Source of the DNA: an uncultured bacterium
Lineage (GTDB): Bacteria > Bacteroidota > Ignavibacteria > Kapaibacteriales > UBA2268
Direction: 5' to 3'
DNA: 27,568 nucleotides
Assembly: GCA_937875295.1 (NCBI GenBank)
Contig: CALLXS010000049.1
Span: forward strand, 1-27,568
Part shown: in pieces, positions 6,844 through 16,712 of the stretch
Position numbering within the stretch: position 1 is the first letter of the stretch
How the letters are laid out: the number at the start of each line of letters is the position of its first letter
Notes under the pieces: model-generated
Database searches by the model: none
What the model was told of the DNA's origin: nothing
Seen by the model: only the letters and a program-made list of their open reading frames with translations
Made by a program: the position numbers and the translations under genes

Positions 6844-8295
6844 ATGCCACGTCGCAAAGCAAAATTCGTAGCAGATAAAAAAGTAATAATAGAAGCCTTT
6901 TCTGATATGGCAAAGGAAAAGAACATAGACAGAGATTTACTACAAGGTATCGTCGAAGAAACTCTTTCTATGCTTGTTAAGAAAAAATTTGGACAAGATG
7001 CTAATTTCGAAATCATTGTAAATATGGATAAAGGTGATATCGAAATCTATTTAATGCGTACAATCGTAGAAGAGGTTTTAGATCCAAATATTGAAATTTC
7101 TTTAAAAGAAGCTCTTCTGTATAAAAACGAAGATGAAGAATATGAGTTAGGCGACGAATTTATTGAGGAAATCACTCTAGAAAATATTGCTGATAACTTC
7201 GGAAGGAGAATGATTTCTTTAGCTTCGCAGAATTTAAATCAAAAAATTAAAGAAGTAGAAAAAGATAACATATATCAAGAATATAATTCTAAAGTAGGCG
7301 AGATTATTGTAGGAGAGATTTACCAAGTAAAGAGGAATGAAATCTTAATCGTACAGAATAAAATTGAAATGAAATTGCCTCGCGAAGAGCAAATTCCTAA
7401 TGAACCTTACAGATATAGAAAAAATCAGACACTTAAAACAATTGTAAAAGAAGTAAGAAGAAATGGTGCTGGTGGACTTCCTGAAATTATATTATCACGT
7501 ACTTCGGATCAATTTTTAGCTAAACTCTTTGAAATAGAAATCCCAGAAATTTATGATGGTATTATCCAGATAAAAGCAATTGCTCGCGACCCGGGTGAGC
7601 GTTCTAAAGTCGCTGTGCAATCTTATGACGATAGAATAGACCCGATTGGTGCATGCGTAGGAATGAAGGGAATTAGAATACATTCAATCGTTAGAGAATT
7701 AAATAATGAAAATATTGATTTAGTTGAATATAGCGATGACCCAATTCTATATATTTCAAGAGCACTTTCTCCAGCAAAAGTAAATGATATAAGAATTTCT
7801 CCCGATGTGAGAAGTGCTACTATTATTGTTCCAGAAGAGCAGATCCCGCTTGCAATTGGTAAAAATGGCCAAAATGTGCGATTAGCTTCTGAACTTACAG
7901 GATACTCTCTTTCTTTAATTAGAGAAGGTGGAGAAGATATAGATCTTACTGAATTTAAAGAAGAGCTTGGAATTGATATTTATAATGAACTTCTTGGGGC
8001 TGGTATTGAGACAGCAAGAGAACTTTTAGATACTGACATTAGTGAAATTCTAAGCATAAAAGGTATTTCTAAAGAATTCTTAATAGAAATAAGAAATATT
8101 ATTCTTACTGAATTTGACGAAGAAGAAAATCCGGAAGTTATTAAGGAAATCGAAGAATTCGATCCAAATAATGTAAATTCAGAAAAAAAGATAGAAGAAT
8201 CTGACCAAAATGATTCTGTTGTAGAATCTGAGCAAGACTCTGAAGAAGACTCTGATTCTGATGAAAACTCTGAAGAAGAGAATTTTAATAAATAA
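6844..8295 (+). CDS. nusA: transcription termination/antitermination factor NusA
   Basis: N-terminal domain, S1 and tandem KH motifs (GACVGMKGIRIHSIVRELN), acidic C-terminal tail; ATG at 6844 preferred over in-frame GTG at 6811, which sits immediately after the leader hairpin T-run. Confidence 0.9.
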   Translation: MPRRKAKFVADKKVIIEAFSDMAKEKNIDRDLLQGIVEETLSMLVKKKFGQDANFEIIVNMDKGDIEIYLMRTIVEEVLDPNIEISLKEALLYKNEDEEYELGDEFIEEITLENIADNFGRRMISLASQNLNQKIKEVEKDNIYQEYNSKVGEIIVGEIYQVKRNEILIVQNKIEMKLPREEQIPNEPYRYRKNQTLKTIVKEVRRNGAGGLPEIILSRTSDQFLAKLFEIEIPEIYDGIIQIKAIARDPGERSKVAVQSYDDRIDPIGACVGMKGIRIHSIVRELNNENIDLVEYSDDPILYISRALSPAKVNDIRISPDVRSATIIVPEEQIPLAIGKNGQNVRLASELTGYSLSLIREGGEDIDLTEFKEELGIDIYNELLGAGIETARELLDTDISEILSIKGISKEFLIEIRNIILTEFDEEENPEVIKEIEEFDPNNVNSEKKIEESDQNDSVVESEQDSEEDSDSDENSEEENFNK

Positions 8296-8378
8296 AGATT
8301 AAAAATAAAATCAATAATATTAGATTGATATTATTATTTAAAATATAAAAATAAGTAGAAAAGAAAAATTATTAGAAA

Positions 8379-11300
8379 ATGGCTGGAAGTGTAAGATTAA
8401 TAAAAATAGCCTCCGAAATTAATATCGGCAAAGATGCTATCGTTGAATTCCTTAAAGGAAAGGGGTTCACCGTTGAAAATAAACCTACTGCTATTCTTAA
8501 CGAAGAAATGGTAGAGGCTATTTATGATAAGTTCAAAAAAGAACTTAAAGCTGCGGAGACTCAGCGCCAGAAGATAGAAAAACACAAAATGATTCGTAAA
8601 TCTGATACTCCTGAAAAATCTCATGATAAAGAAGATATTGTCTCTAAAAGTATTAATGAGTCGCAGGTAATCACTGATGAAGAACATACTACTTTATCTT
8701 CCGAAAATCAAATAAATTCACAAAAAGATACTGCACAACAAGTTGATCAAAAAGATAATAAGGACGAAAATCTTATTGAAAATGCTAATTCAATTCCTCT
8801 AGATAATAAGGACGAAAATCTAATAAATATTTCTACTATTGACGAAACAGAAAAAAGTAATATAAAAGCTGATTTAAATATTAATAAAATAGATGTCCCG
8901 GTATCGGAAAATGTTGAAAATGCTACGCTACACTCAACACAACAAGGTACATCTGATAAATATAAAGTAAATGACGTTATTCAACTGCCAGATGAATCTT
9001 TCAATAGAAAAAGAAAGAAAAAAGATAAATTAAGTGATTCAAAAATTAGTATCGACAAACAAAATACTGATAAAAGAAGAGATACAAAAATAAGTAGCAA
9101 TAGAAAGGATGATAATAAATCATTAAAGAGTCGTCCATCAAAATCAGATAGATTTAAAGAAAATAATATACTTAATGGCTTGGGTGCTGATAAATTAGCT
9201 CAACTTTCAGCAAATATTAAAAAATCAGCTTCAGTTCCTAAGGACAAACCTATAAATGTTTCTGATAAGAAACATGATAAAAAAACATTTACTCCCGAAA
9301 AGAAAATAGAATCTCCAGATCCTAAACAAGTAGAGAATGAAATATCTAATGATATTGTTTCCTCTTCAAGTGAAAGAAAGAAAAGAAAACGCAAGAGCAA
9401 GAAAATTGCAGAGGTAGAATATGATGTAAACCATTCTACTCAGCTAAAAGGTCTTACGGTAGTAGGCAAAATGTCGCTTGATTCACAAAAAGAAAGCTCT
9501 GGAAAGTTCGGAAATAGAAATGATAATAAAAGAGCTAGCTCCGGTAATCAAATAGATGACGAAGAAACAAATAAATTTAAGAAAAAAGGTAAAAAGTCTA
9601 AATCTCTTAAACCTACATCATTAAGTGCTATAAAAGATTTAAAAAGCAAGAAAAAATTATCAGTACGTGAATTAATTACTGATGAAGATGTTACTAAAGC
9701 TATTAGACGTACTCTTTCCGATATGGGTGAAGCTAATTCAATGAGCAATAGGAACAAATCTAAGCTACGCAAAAAGGCTGAAAGAGAAGAAAAATTCCAA
9801 ATTCAAAGAGAAGAAGAAGCAAAAGAAGAAAAGATCTTGCATTTAACTGAATTCGTAACTACATCGGATTTAGCAAAAATGATAGGCATTAGCGCAAATG
9901 AGATTATAATGAAATGTATGGGTATGGGGCTAATGGTATCTATTAATCAAAGATTAGATAAGGATACTATTTCAATTATTGCTGATGATTATGGTCTCGA
10001 AGTTGAATTTATTGATGATAAAGCACTTCAAGCTATTGATGAAATCGCTGATGAAGATGATGAAGATACATTAATTCCTCGCTCCCCAATTGTAACAATT
10101 ATGGGGCATGTGGATCACGGTAAGACTTCTTTATTAGATTATATAAGAAATGCAAATGTTGTAGCAGGCGAAGCTGGAGGTATCACTCAGCATATTGGTG
10201 CTTATAGGGTGAAACTTGATAACGGAAAGTATATTACGTTCCTTGATACTCCAGGTCATGAGGCGTTCACGGCAATGAGAGCTCGTGGTGCTCAGGTAAC
10301 TGATACTGTTGTTCTTGTCGTTGCAGCTGATGATAGTGTGATGCCGCAGACGATTGAGGCTATTAGTCACGCTCAAGCTGCAAGCGTACCTATAATAGTT
10401 GCAATTAATAAAATCGATAAACCAGATGCTCAACCTGATAGAATTAGACAGCAGTTATCTAATCAAAATATCCTCGTGGAGGAATGGGGAGGGAAATATC
10501 AAAGTGTTGAAATATCCGCTAAAAAGGGTGACAATGTAGATAAATTGCTAGATAAAATTTTACTAGAAGCTGAAATGCTTAATTTAAAAGCAAATCCTGA
10601 TAGACTTGCTCGTGCCACTGTGATAGAAGCAAATATGACCAAAGGCTTAGGACCTGTCTGTACTGTGATAGTACAAAAAGGTACTCTTCGTGTAGGAGAT
10701 CCATTTGTAGTTGGTCATCAATTTGGAAGAGTAAGAGCAATGATGGACGAAAGAGGTAAGAAAATTGAAGCTGCAGCTCCGTCAATCCCTGCAAGAGTAA
10801 TAGGTCTAAATGGATTACCTGAAGCAGGAGATATTTTAACTGTTACTGAATCAGATGTAGATGCAAGAAATATTGCTAATGAAAGACAGCAATTAAAACG
10901 TCAGCAAGAATTCAATAGAACAAAACACGTTACTCTTGATGATATTTCTAAAAAAATATCTGAAGGCGTCGTGAAAGATCTATCTCTCATTATTAAAGGT
11001 GATGTAGGTGGTTCAGTAGAAGCTTTAAGCGATTCATTAATGAAATTATCTACAAACGAAGTGCGTGTAAATATTATTCACAAAGGAGTGGGGCAAATAT
11101 CAGAATCTGATGTAATGCTTGCTGTAGCTTCTGGTGCAATTATTATTGGTTTCCAAGTGTCTCCAACGTCTTATGCACGGAAATTAGCGGAAAACGAATC
11201 AGTCGATATTCGTCAATATAGCATTATTTATGATTGCATTGACGAAGTGAAGAGAGCATTAGAAGGCTTATTGACTCCAGAATTAAAGGAAGACATTACT

Positions 11301-11597
11301 TCAGTGATTGAAGTAAGAAAAATATTTAAAATTAGCCGTTTAGGAGTAATTGCCGGATGCCAAGTAATGAATGGTAAAATTCATAGAAATGACAAAGTTC
11401 GTTTATTAAGAGATGGATTACCTATCTTCACTGGATATATAGATTCCTTGAAGCGTGGCAAAGATGATACAAGAGAAGTCGATAGCGGTTATGAATGCGG
11501 TATTGCATTAGATGGATTTAATGACATTGAAGTAGGGGATGTGATTGAAGGATTTAAAGTCTTAGAAATTAAGAGAAAATTAGAATATGATAATTAG
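8379..11597 (+). CDS. infB: translation initiation factor IF-2
   Basis: 1072 aa; IF2_N-like start, long K/D/S-rich low-complexity N-terminal region, G-domain GHVDHGKTS...DTPGHEAF...NKIDK, IF2 C-terminal beta-barrels. Confidence 0.95.
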   Translation: MAGSVRLIKIASEINIGKDAIVEFLKGKGFTVENKPTAILNEEMVEAIYDKFKKELKAAETQRQKIEKHKMIRKSDTPEKSHDKEDIVSKSINESQVITDEEHTTLSSENQINSQKDTAQQVDQKDNKDENLIENANSIPLDNKDENLINISTIDETEKSNIKADLNINKIDVPVSENVENATLHSTQQGTSDKYKVNDVIQLPDESFNRKRKKKDKLSDSKISIDKQNTDKRRDTKISSNRKDDNKSLKSRPSKSDRFKENNILNGLGADKLAQLSANIKKSASVPKDKPINVSDKKHDKKTFTPEKKIESPDPKQVENEISNDIVSSSSERKKRKRKSKKIAEVEYDVNHSTQLKGLTVVGKMSLDSQKESSGKFGNRNDNKRASSGNQIDDEETNKFKKKGKKSKSLKPTSLSAIKDLKSKKKLSVRELITDEDVTKAIRRTLSDMGEANSMSNRNKSKLRKKAEREEKFQIQREEEAKEEKILHLTEFVTTSDLAKMIGISANEIIMKCMGMGLMVSINQRLDKDTISIIADDYGLEVEFIDDKALQAIDEIADEDDEDTLIPRSPIVTIMGHVDHGKTSLLDYIRNANVVAGEAGGITQHIGAYRVKLDNGKYITFLDTPGHEAFTAMRARGAQVTDTVVLVVAADDSVMPQTIEAISHAQAASVPIIVAINKIDKPDAQPDRIRQQLSNQNILVEEWGGKYQSVEISAKKGDNVDKLLDKILLEAEMLNLKANPDRLARATVIEANMTKGLGPVCTVIVQKGTLRVGDPFVVGHQFGRVRAMMDERGKKIEAAAPSIPARVIGLNGLPEAGDILTVTESDVDARNIANERQQLKRQQEFNRTKHVTLDDISKKISEGVVKDLSLIIKGDVGGSVEALSDSLMKLSTNEVRVNIIHKGVGQISESDVMLAVASGAIIIGFQVSPTSYARKLAENESVDIRQYSIIYDCIDEVKRALEGLLTPELKEDITSVIEVRKIFKISRLGVIAGCQVMNGKIHRNDKVRLLRDGLPIFTGYIDSLKRGKDDTREVDSGYECGIALDGFNDIEVGDVIEGFKVLEIKRKLEYDN
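8753..8821 (+). repeat. exact 21-nt direct repeat inside infB N-terminal region
   Basis: agataataaggacgaaaatct at 8753-8773 and 8801-8821 (48 nt apart, in frame; encodes KDNKDENLI twice). Confidence 0.8.
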
Positions 11598-11689
11598 AAT
11601 AGTATTTATTAATTCTTAAAATTTAACTATAATAATTTTCTTATAAATAATCAATAAAATCAAGAGTAATAGATATAGTTATATATTTT

Positions 11690-11697
11690 TACTTTTG
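11690..11697 (+). promoter_or_regulatory. possible internal -7 box TACTTTTG upstream of rbfA
   Basis: matches TAnnTTTG, 40 nt upstream of rbfA ATG; no clear -33. Confidence 0.25.
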
Positions 11698-11737
11698 ATT
11701 TTTTATATTTTAGCCAATTTTATAAAATACAAGAAAT

Positions 11738-12079
11738 ATGTCTATCAGAACAGAAAAAGTAGCCAGTGAAATAAAAAGAGCTATTGCTCAACCAGTTTCA
11801 GATATTGCTAATAGTTTAGAAGCTGGACTTTGCACAGTAACTGCTGTAAGGATTAGTCCAGACCTAAAAGTAGCTAAAGTATATATAAGCCTTTATGGGA
11901 AAAAATTTCCTATTTCAGATTTAATTGATGAATTAAACAAAAAACAAGGTCAATTGCGGCATTTACTTGGTACTAAAATTAGATTAAGATTTACCCCTGA
12001 ATTGCATTTCTATATTGATGATACTCTTGACCAAATGGAGCACATTCAAAAAATATTAAATCGAGTAAATGATAAGTAA
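11738..12079 (+). CDS. rbfA: ribosome-binding factor A
   Basis: 113 aa, RbfA-like KH fold signature (RAIAQ...KVAKVYISLYG), conserved position after infB. Confidence 0.85.
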   Translation: MSIRTEKVASEIKRAIAQPVSDIANSLEAGLCTVTAVRISPDLKVAKVYISLYGKKFPISDLIDELNKKQGQLRHLLGTKIRLRFTPELHFYIDDTLDQMEHIQKILNRVNDK

Positions 12080-12105
12080 TTTTTTTTAATTGCAATTTCC
12101 ATAAA

Positions 12106-12855
12106 ATGAATATTTTAAAAAAAGATACTTTACAAAATTTTTCTGATTGGTATGAACCAATTTTAGAAAAAGGAGGAGTTGCATTAATTAATAAAGAATT
12201 CAATTGGACTTCCTTTGACGTAATAGCTAAATTAAGAAAAATACTTAAAATAAAAAAAATTGGCCACGGTGGAACCCTTGATCCATTAGCCACAGGACTA
12301 CTAATAGTATGCGTTGGGCGACCTGCTACAAGACTAGCTGATTATTATCAAGATTTCCCGAAAGAATATCACTGCAAAATTCAATTAGGTGCAATCACTC
12401 CCACTTATGATTTAGAAAGCATTCCACAGGATTTCAAAGATTACTCTCATATAATTGATGAGCAAATATATGAAGTATTAAATTCATTTGTAGGAAATAT
12501 AGAACAAGTACCTCCACTTCATTCTGCTGTAAAAGTAAATGGAAAAAGAGCATACGAATTAGCTCGAAATAAAACAGATTTTCAATTAGAATCTAGACCA
12601 ATTACAATTTATTCAATAGATAATATAAGTATTAATTTACCTCAAATAGAATTTTCTGTTTTATGCTCAAAGGGTACATATATTCGCACATTAGCAAATG
12701 ATATTGGTCAAAAGCTCGGATGCGGAGCTTACTTAAGTGGATTAGTTAGAACAAAAATTTCTGAATTTCATATTGATGATGCTATTTCTGTAGATGAAAT
12801 TCGCACTAAAGCAACGATTTATAATGAAACTAATAACATAAATATAGTACAATGA
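12106..12855 (+). CDS. truB: tRNA pseudouridine(55) synthase TruB (short form without PUA domain)
   Basis: GHGGTLDPLATGLLIVCVG catalytic-Asp motif; 249 aa. Confidence 0.9.
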   Translation: MNILKKDTLQNFSDWYEPILEKGGVALINKEFNWTSFDVIAKLRKILKIKKIGHGGTLDPLATGLLIVCVGRPATRLADYYQDFPKEYHCKIQLGAITPTYDLESIPQDFKDYSHIIDEQIYEVLNSFVGNIEQVPPLHSAVKVNGKRAYELARNKTDFQLESRPITIYSIDNISINLPQIEFSVLCSKGTYIRTLANDIGQKLGCGAYLSGLVRTKISEFHIDDAISVDEIRTKATIYNETNNINIVQ

Positions 12856-13793
12856 GAATATATAGATCAGTAGAGGAAATTGAATATAATGCAAATAGAA
12901 TTATAACTGTAGGTTCTTTCGATGGAGTGCATCGTGGACATAAAGAAATTATTCGCAGGCTTACAAGCCAAGCTCAAGAGGAAAAATTATCGAGTATGTT
13001 AGTTACTTTTGAACCACACCCACAGTTAGTAATTAATAATCCGAACAAACCTCAGATTAAAATTTTAACAGATGTGGATGAAAAAATTGAAATTTTATCA
13101 ACACTTAATATAGATGAATTGTTAATTGTAAATTTTACTGATGAATTTTCTCAAACGTCTCCTGAGGAGTATGTAAGAGATTTTATTTTCGGCAAAATTG
13201 GTGTGAAAAAAGTTATAATGGGGTATGACCATCTATTTGGAAAAGCCAGATCAGGTGATTTTAATTTATTAATGAATCTTGCTATTGATTTGAATTTTAA
13301 ATTAGAGAGAGTACCGGCATTAGAGGGCGATAATATTATAATTTCAAGCTCAAATATCCGCGAAATGATTTCTAGTAATCGATTAGAAGAAGCGAATTAT
13401 ATGTTAGGATATACCTATTTCGTGGTAGGTACAGTAGTAGAAGGCAATAAATTAGGGAGGACAATCGGATTCCCTACAGCAAATATTCAATTAAATAATC
13501 CAAATAAATTATTACCTAAAAATGGAGTATATTTAGTTAATGTTTTAATTGGTACTGAAAAATTCTGGGGAATGGCAAATATTGGAAAACGCCCTACAGT
13601 TTCAAATGATAATAAAGAAATATTAGAAGTAAATATTTTTGATTTAAATCGCGATATTTATGGTGAAGAAATAAAAATATCTTTTTATAGATTTATTAGA
13701 AATGAACAAAAATTCCCTGATGTATCATCTCTAAAGGCTCAATTAGAGCGTGATAGAATTAATTGTCATAACCTCGAGAAAATGTTTTATTAA
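12852..13793 (+). CDS. ribF: bifunctional riboflavin kinase / FMN adenylyltransferase
   Basis: VGSFDGVHRGHKEII nucleotidyltransferase motif, C-terminal riboflavin kinase domain; ATGA overlap with truB stop. Confidence 0.9.
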   Translation: MRIYRSVEEIEYNANRIITVGSFDGVHRGHKEIIRRLTSQAQEEKLSSMLVTFEPHPQLVINNPNKPQIKILTDVDEKIEILSTLNIDELLIVNFTDEFSQTSPEEYVRDFIFGKIGVKKVIMGYDHLFGKARSGDFNLLMNLAIDLNFKLERVPALEGDNIIISSSNIREMISSNRLEEANYMLGYTYFVVGTVVEGNKLGRTIGFPTANIQLNNPNKLLPKNGVYLVNVLIGTEKFWGMANIGKRPTVSNDNKEILEVNIFDLNRDIYGEEIKISFYRFIRNEQKFPDVSSLKAQLERDRINCHNLEKMFY

Positions 13794-13845
13794 TAATAAA
13801 TATAAATTATAAGAAAAATAATTTTATTAATTAAATAAATTTTCG

Positions 13846-13853
13846 TAATTTTG
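13846..13853 (+). promoter_or_regulatory. candidate -7 box TAATTTTG for rpsO
   Basis: ttcgTAATTTTGtagttcg, near-identical to the nusA and tRNA-Glu promoter cores; about 50 nt upstream of rpsO ATG. Confidence 0.45.
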
Positions 13854-13905
13854 TAGTTCGTAAAAGATTTATTAAATAATTATTTAATTGTGGAGATACA
13901 ATTTA

Positions 13906-14172
13906 ATGATAACTAAAGAAATTAAAGCTGAAATAGTTGAAAAATATGGCGATAATAATAAAGACACAGGCAAATCTGAAGTTCAGATAGCAATTTTTAC
14001 TAATAGAATTCAAGATTTGACTCATCACTTAGAAAGCCATAAAAAAGATAATGCTACTCGTAGAGGTTTGATACTATTAGTAAGCAAACGTCGCAGATTA
14101 TTAAATTACTTGCAAAGAACAGACATCAATCGCTATCGTCAAGTGATTGCTGCACTTAAATTAAGAAAGTAA
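13906..14172 (+). CDS. rpsO: 30S ribosomal protein S15
   Basis: 89 aa from ATG at 13906 (GGAGA 9 nt upstream); MITKEIKAEIVEKYG...RRGLILLVSKRRRLLNYL typical S15; TTG at 13888 considered less likely. Confidence 0.9.
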   Translation: MITKEIKAEIVEKYGDNNKDTGKSEVQIAIFTNRIQDLTHHLESHKKDNATRRGLILLVSKRRRLLNYLQRTDINRYRQVIAALKLRK

Positions 14173-14200
14173 TTTATTACTCAGACATTTCAAATATTTT

Positions 14201-14250
14201 AATCTGTACAGTGATATTAAATGGTATTATTGTACAGATTTTGTTATATA
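14201..14250 (+). terminator. rpsO terminator / rpsO-pnp intergenic processing hairpin
   Basis: perfect 10-bp stem aatctgtaca (14201-14210) / tgtacagatt (14231-14240), extendable by G-U and A-U pairs into the 20-nt loop, followed by TTGTTATATA. Confidence 0.6.
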
Positions 14251-14311
14251 AAAACTAATTGGCTTTTATTTCAACAATAGATAACAATTTAATTACAAAG
14301 AATATAATAAA

Positions 14312-16543
14312 ATGGCAAAACAAGAAGTTTCAATTGAATTTGAAGGCAAAAAATTTTCTCTCGAGACAGGAAGATTCGCTAAATTTGCCTCTGGAGCTGT
14401 GATGGCTCGTTGTGGAGACACAATGGTATTAGTAACTGCAGTAGCAGATGAGAAAGAAGATTTAGAAAAAGATTTCCTACCATTATCGGTGGAATATAAA
14501 GAAAAGATGTCTGCAGGTGGAAAAATCCCAGGTGGCTTTATTAAAAGAGAGACAAAACCTTCGGATGCAGAAATTCTTGTAGCGAGGCTGATTGATCGCC
14601 CATCGAGACCACTTATTCCTAAGACTTGGAGATTTGAGACTCAAGTAATAGCTCAAGTATTTTCATTTGATCCAGAAGTAACTCCTGATACAATAGCTGC
14701 TGTAGGTGCATCAGCTGCACTTCTAATTTCTGATATTCCATTTCATGGTCCATTTTCAGAAGTTAAAATTGGTAGAGTGAATGGTCAATTAATTACAAAT
14801 CCATCTTTTGAGCAATTAAAAGAATCAGATATTGATATGGTGATAGCTGGCACAGATGCTGCTATTATGATGGTAGAAGGTGAAAGTAAAGAAATATCTG
14901 AAGAAGAATTTCTTGAAGTTTTAAATTTCGCACATGCTCGAATTAAAGAATTAAATAAATTGCAGAATGATTTAGCTGCATTAGTTAATAAAGAAAAAAG
15001 AGAATTTACAATTGACGAAGCACCAGAAGAATTTATAAGTGAAATTAAAAATTCAATTAATGATGAATTAGTAAAATATGTAAATTCTGTTACTTCAAAA
15101 AATGAGAGAAAAGCTACCCGTAAAGCACTTGCAGAAAAATCTTTAGAGCTTGTTACTGAAAAATATGCTGATAATCCTGATTACGAAGGAAAAATAGAAA
15201 AGTATACTTCCGAAGTAATGGATAAATTAGAGCAACACGAAATGCGCGAAATGATTTTAAATAAACGGACTCGCTTAGACGGAAGAAAATTAGACCAAAT
15301 TAGACCAATTACTTGCGAAGTAGGTGTACTACCAAGAGTACACGGTTCAGCATTATTTACTAGAGGCGAGACTCAATCTCTTTGCTCAATTACATTAGGC
15401 ACGAAATCTGATGAGCAACTTGTAGATGGCTTGCAACCAAAATATACTAATAACTTCTATTTACACTATAATTTCCCTCCGTTCTCTACTGGAGAAGTGA
15501 AGAGATTAGGTACAAGTAGAAGAGAAATTGGACATGGTAATTTGGCAGAACGTGCTTTAAAATCTATGATTCCTAGCCCAGACCAATTCCCTTATGTGAT
15601 TAGAGTGATTTCTGATATTCTCGAATCAAATGGTTCATCGTCAATGGCATCAGTTTGCGGTGGTACTTTATCACTATTAGATGCAGGCATCCCAATGAAA
15701 AAGCCCGTCGCTGGAATAGCAATGGGATTAATTAAAGATGGCGATAGAGTGGCAATTTTAAGTGATATTTTGGGAGACGAAGATCACCTTGGTGATATGG
15801 ATTTCAAAGTAACAGGGACTGAAGATGGCATTACTGCTTGCCAAATGGATATTAAAATCGAAGGTCTCTCAATTGATATTATGAAAGATGCTCTCGAACA
15901 AGCTCGCTTAGGTAGAATGCACATTCTCGGAATAATGAATGAAACTATTAAAGCTCCGAATACAGAGCTATCGCCTTATGCACCCAGATTTTATGTGATT
16001 AAAATTCCTACTGATATGATCGGAACTGTGATTGGTCCAGGTGGCGAGATGATACGCAGTATTACTAAAGAAACTAAAACTGAAATTAATATAGACGACG
16101 ATGGAACTGTTACTATCGCTGCTACTGATGCTACTTCAGGTAATGCTGCCTTAGAAATAGTAAAGCAGATCACTTCTAAACCAGAAGAAGGTACGGTATA
16201 TAATGAAGTAGAAGTAAAAGAAATTATAGATGGAATCGGCTGTGTAGTTGAATTTTTACCAAAGAAACAAGGTTTAGTGCATATTTCTCAATTAGCATTA
16301 GAAAGAGTAGAAAAAGTAGATGACATTGTGAAAGTAGGAGATAAAATAAATGTGATGCTGATAGAAGCCACAAGAGATGGAAAATATAGATTAAGCAGAA
16401 AAGCTACTTTAGACCCAGAAAATTACGTGATGCCTGCTCCAAGATCTGATAACAGAGGCGGAAGTAGAAGTGGCGGAGGTCATAGAGATAGAGGTGGACA
16501 CTCTTCTAATTCTAATAGAAATAACGATAGAAGAAGAAACTAA
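14312..16543 (+). CDS. pnp: polyribonucleotide nucleotidyltransferase (PNPase)
   Basis: 743 aa; two RNase PH domains, KH (GPGGEMIRSITKET) and S1 domains, plus Arg/Gly/Ser-rich C-terminal tail. Confidence 0.95.
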   Translation: MAKQEVSIEFEGKKFSLETGRFAKFASGAVMARCGDTMVLVTAVADEKEDLEKDFLPLSVEYKEKMSAGGKIPGGFIKRETKPSDAEILVARLIDRPSRPLIPKTWRFETQVIAQVFSFDPEVTPDTIAAVGASAALLISDIPFHGPFSEVKIGRVNGQLITNPSFEQLKESDIDMVIAGTDAAIMMVEGESKEISEEEFLEVLNFAHARIKELNKLQNDLAALVNKEKREFTIDEAPEEFISEIKNSINDELVKYVNSVTSKNERKATRKALAEKSLELVTEKYADNPDYEGKIEKYTSEVMDKLEQHEMREMILNKRTRLDGRKLDQIRPITCEVGVLPRVHGSALFTRGETQSLCSITLGTKSDEQLVDGLQPKYTNNFYLHYNFPPFSTGEVKRLGTSRREIGHGNLAERALKSMIPSPDQFPYVIRVISDILESNGSSSMASVCGGTLSLLDAGIPMKKPVAGIAMGLIKDGDRVAILSDILGDEDHLGDMDFKVTGTEDGITACQMDIKIEGLSIDIMKDALEQARLGRMHILGIMNETIKAPNTELSPYAPRFYVIKIPTDMIGTVIGPGGEMIRSITKETKTEINIDDDGTVTIAATDATSGNAALEIVKQITSKPEEGTVYNEVEVKEIIDGIGCVVEFLPKKQGLVHISQLALERVEKVDDIVKVGDKINVMLIEATRDGKYRLSRKATLDPENYVMPAPRSDNRGGSRSGGGHRDRGGHSSNSNRNNDRRRN

Positions 16544-16569
16544 AATCCTATATTAAAAATTTCATTATG

Positions 16570-16609
16570 AATGGCTATCCCTTAAAATTACAGAGGTAGC
16601 CATTTTTTT
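16570..16609 (+). terminator. intrinsic terminator after pnp
   Basis: aatggcta (16570-16577) / tagccatt (16597-16604) 8-bp stem followed by T-run tttttta. Confidence 0.6.
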
Positions 16610-16635
16610 ATATTTTCATAAAATATTAAAAAATA

Positions 16636-16667
16636 TTTGTTAGTGATTATTTAATGTCTTAATTTTG
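16636..16667 (+). promoter_or_regulatory. Bacteroidota-type promoter (TTTG-N20-TAATTTTG) for T9SS-sorted protein gene
   Basis: atatTTGTtagtgattatttaatgtctTAATTTTGaat; -33 at 16636-16639, -7 at 16660-16667. Confidence 0.5.
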
Positions 16668-16712
16668 AATATTATTTGTTGTATTTTTTAATATTTAATA
16701 GAAGTAGTATTA

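Noticed and set aside
8753-8821. Direct repeats in infB as a CRISPR-like or mobile-element signature
   Set aside because: Only two copies, in frame within a low-complexity coding region; no cas genes, no spacer architecture.
13888-13905. S15 start at TTG 13888
   Set aside because: ATG at 13906 preceded by GGAGA gives the canonical 89-aa S15 (MITKEIKAEIV...); the extra MWRYNL has no counterpart in S15 proteins.
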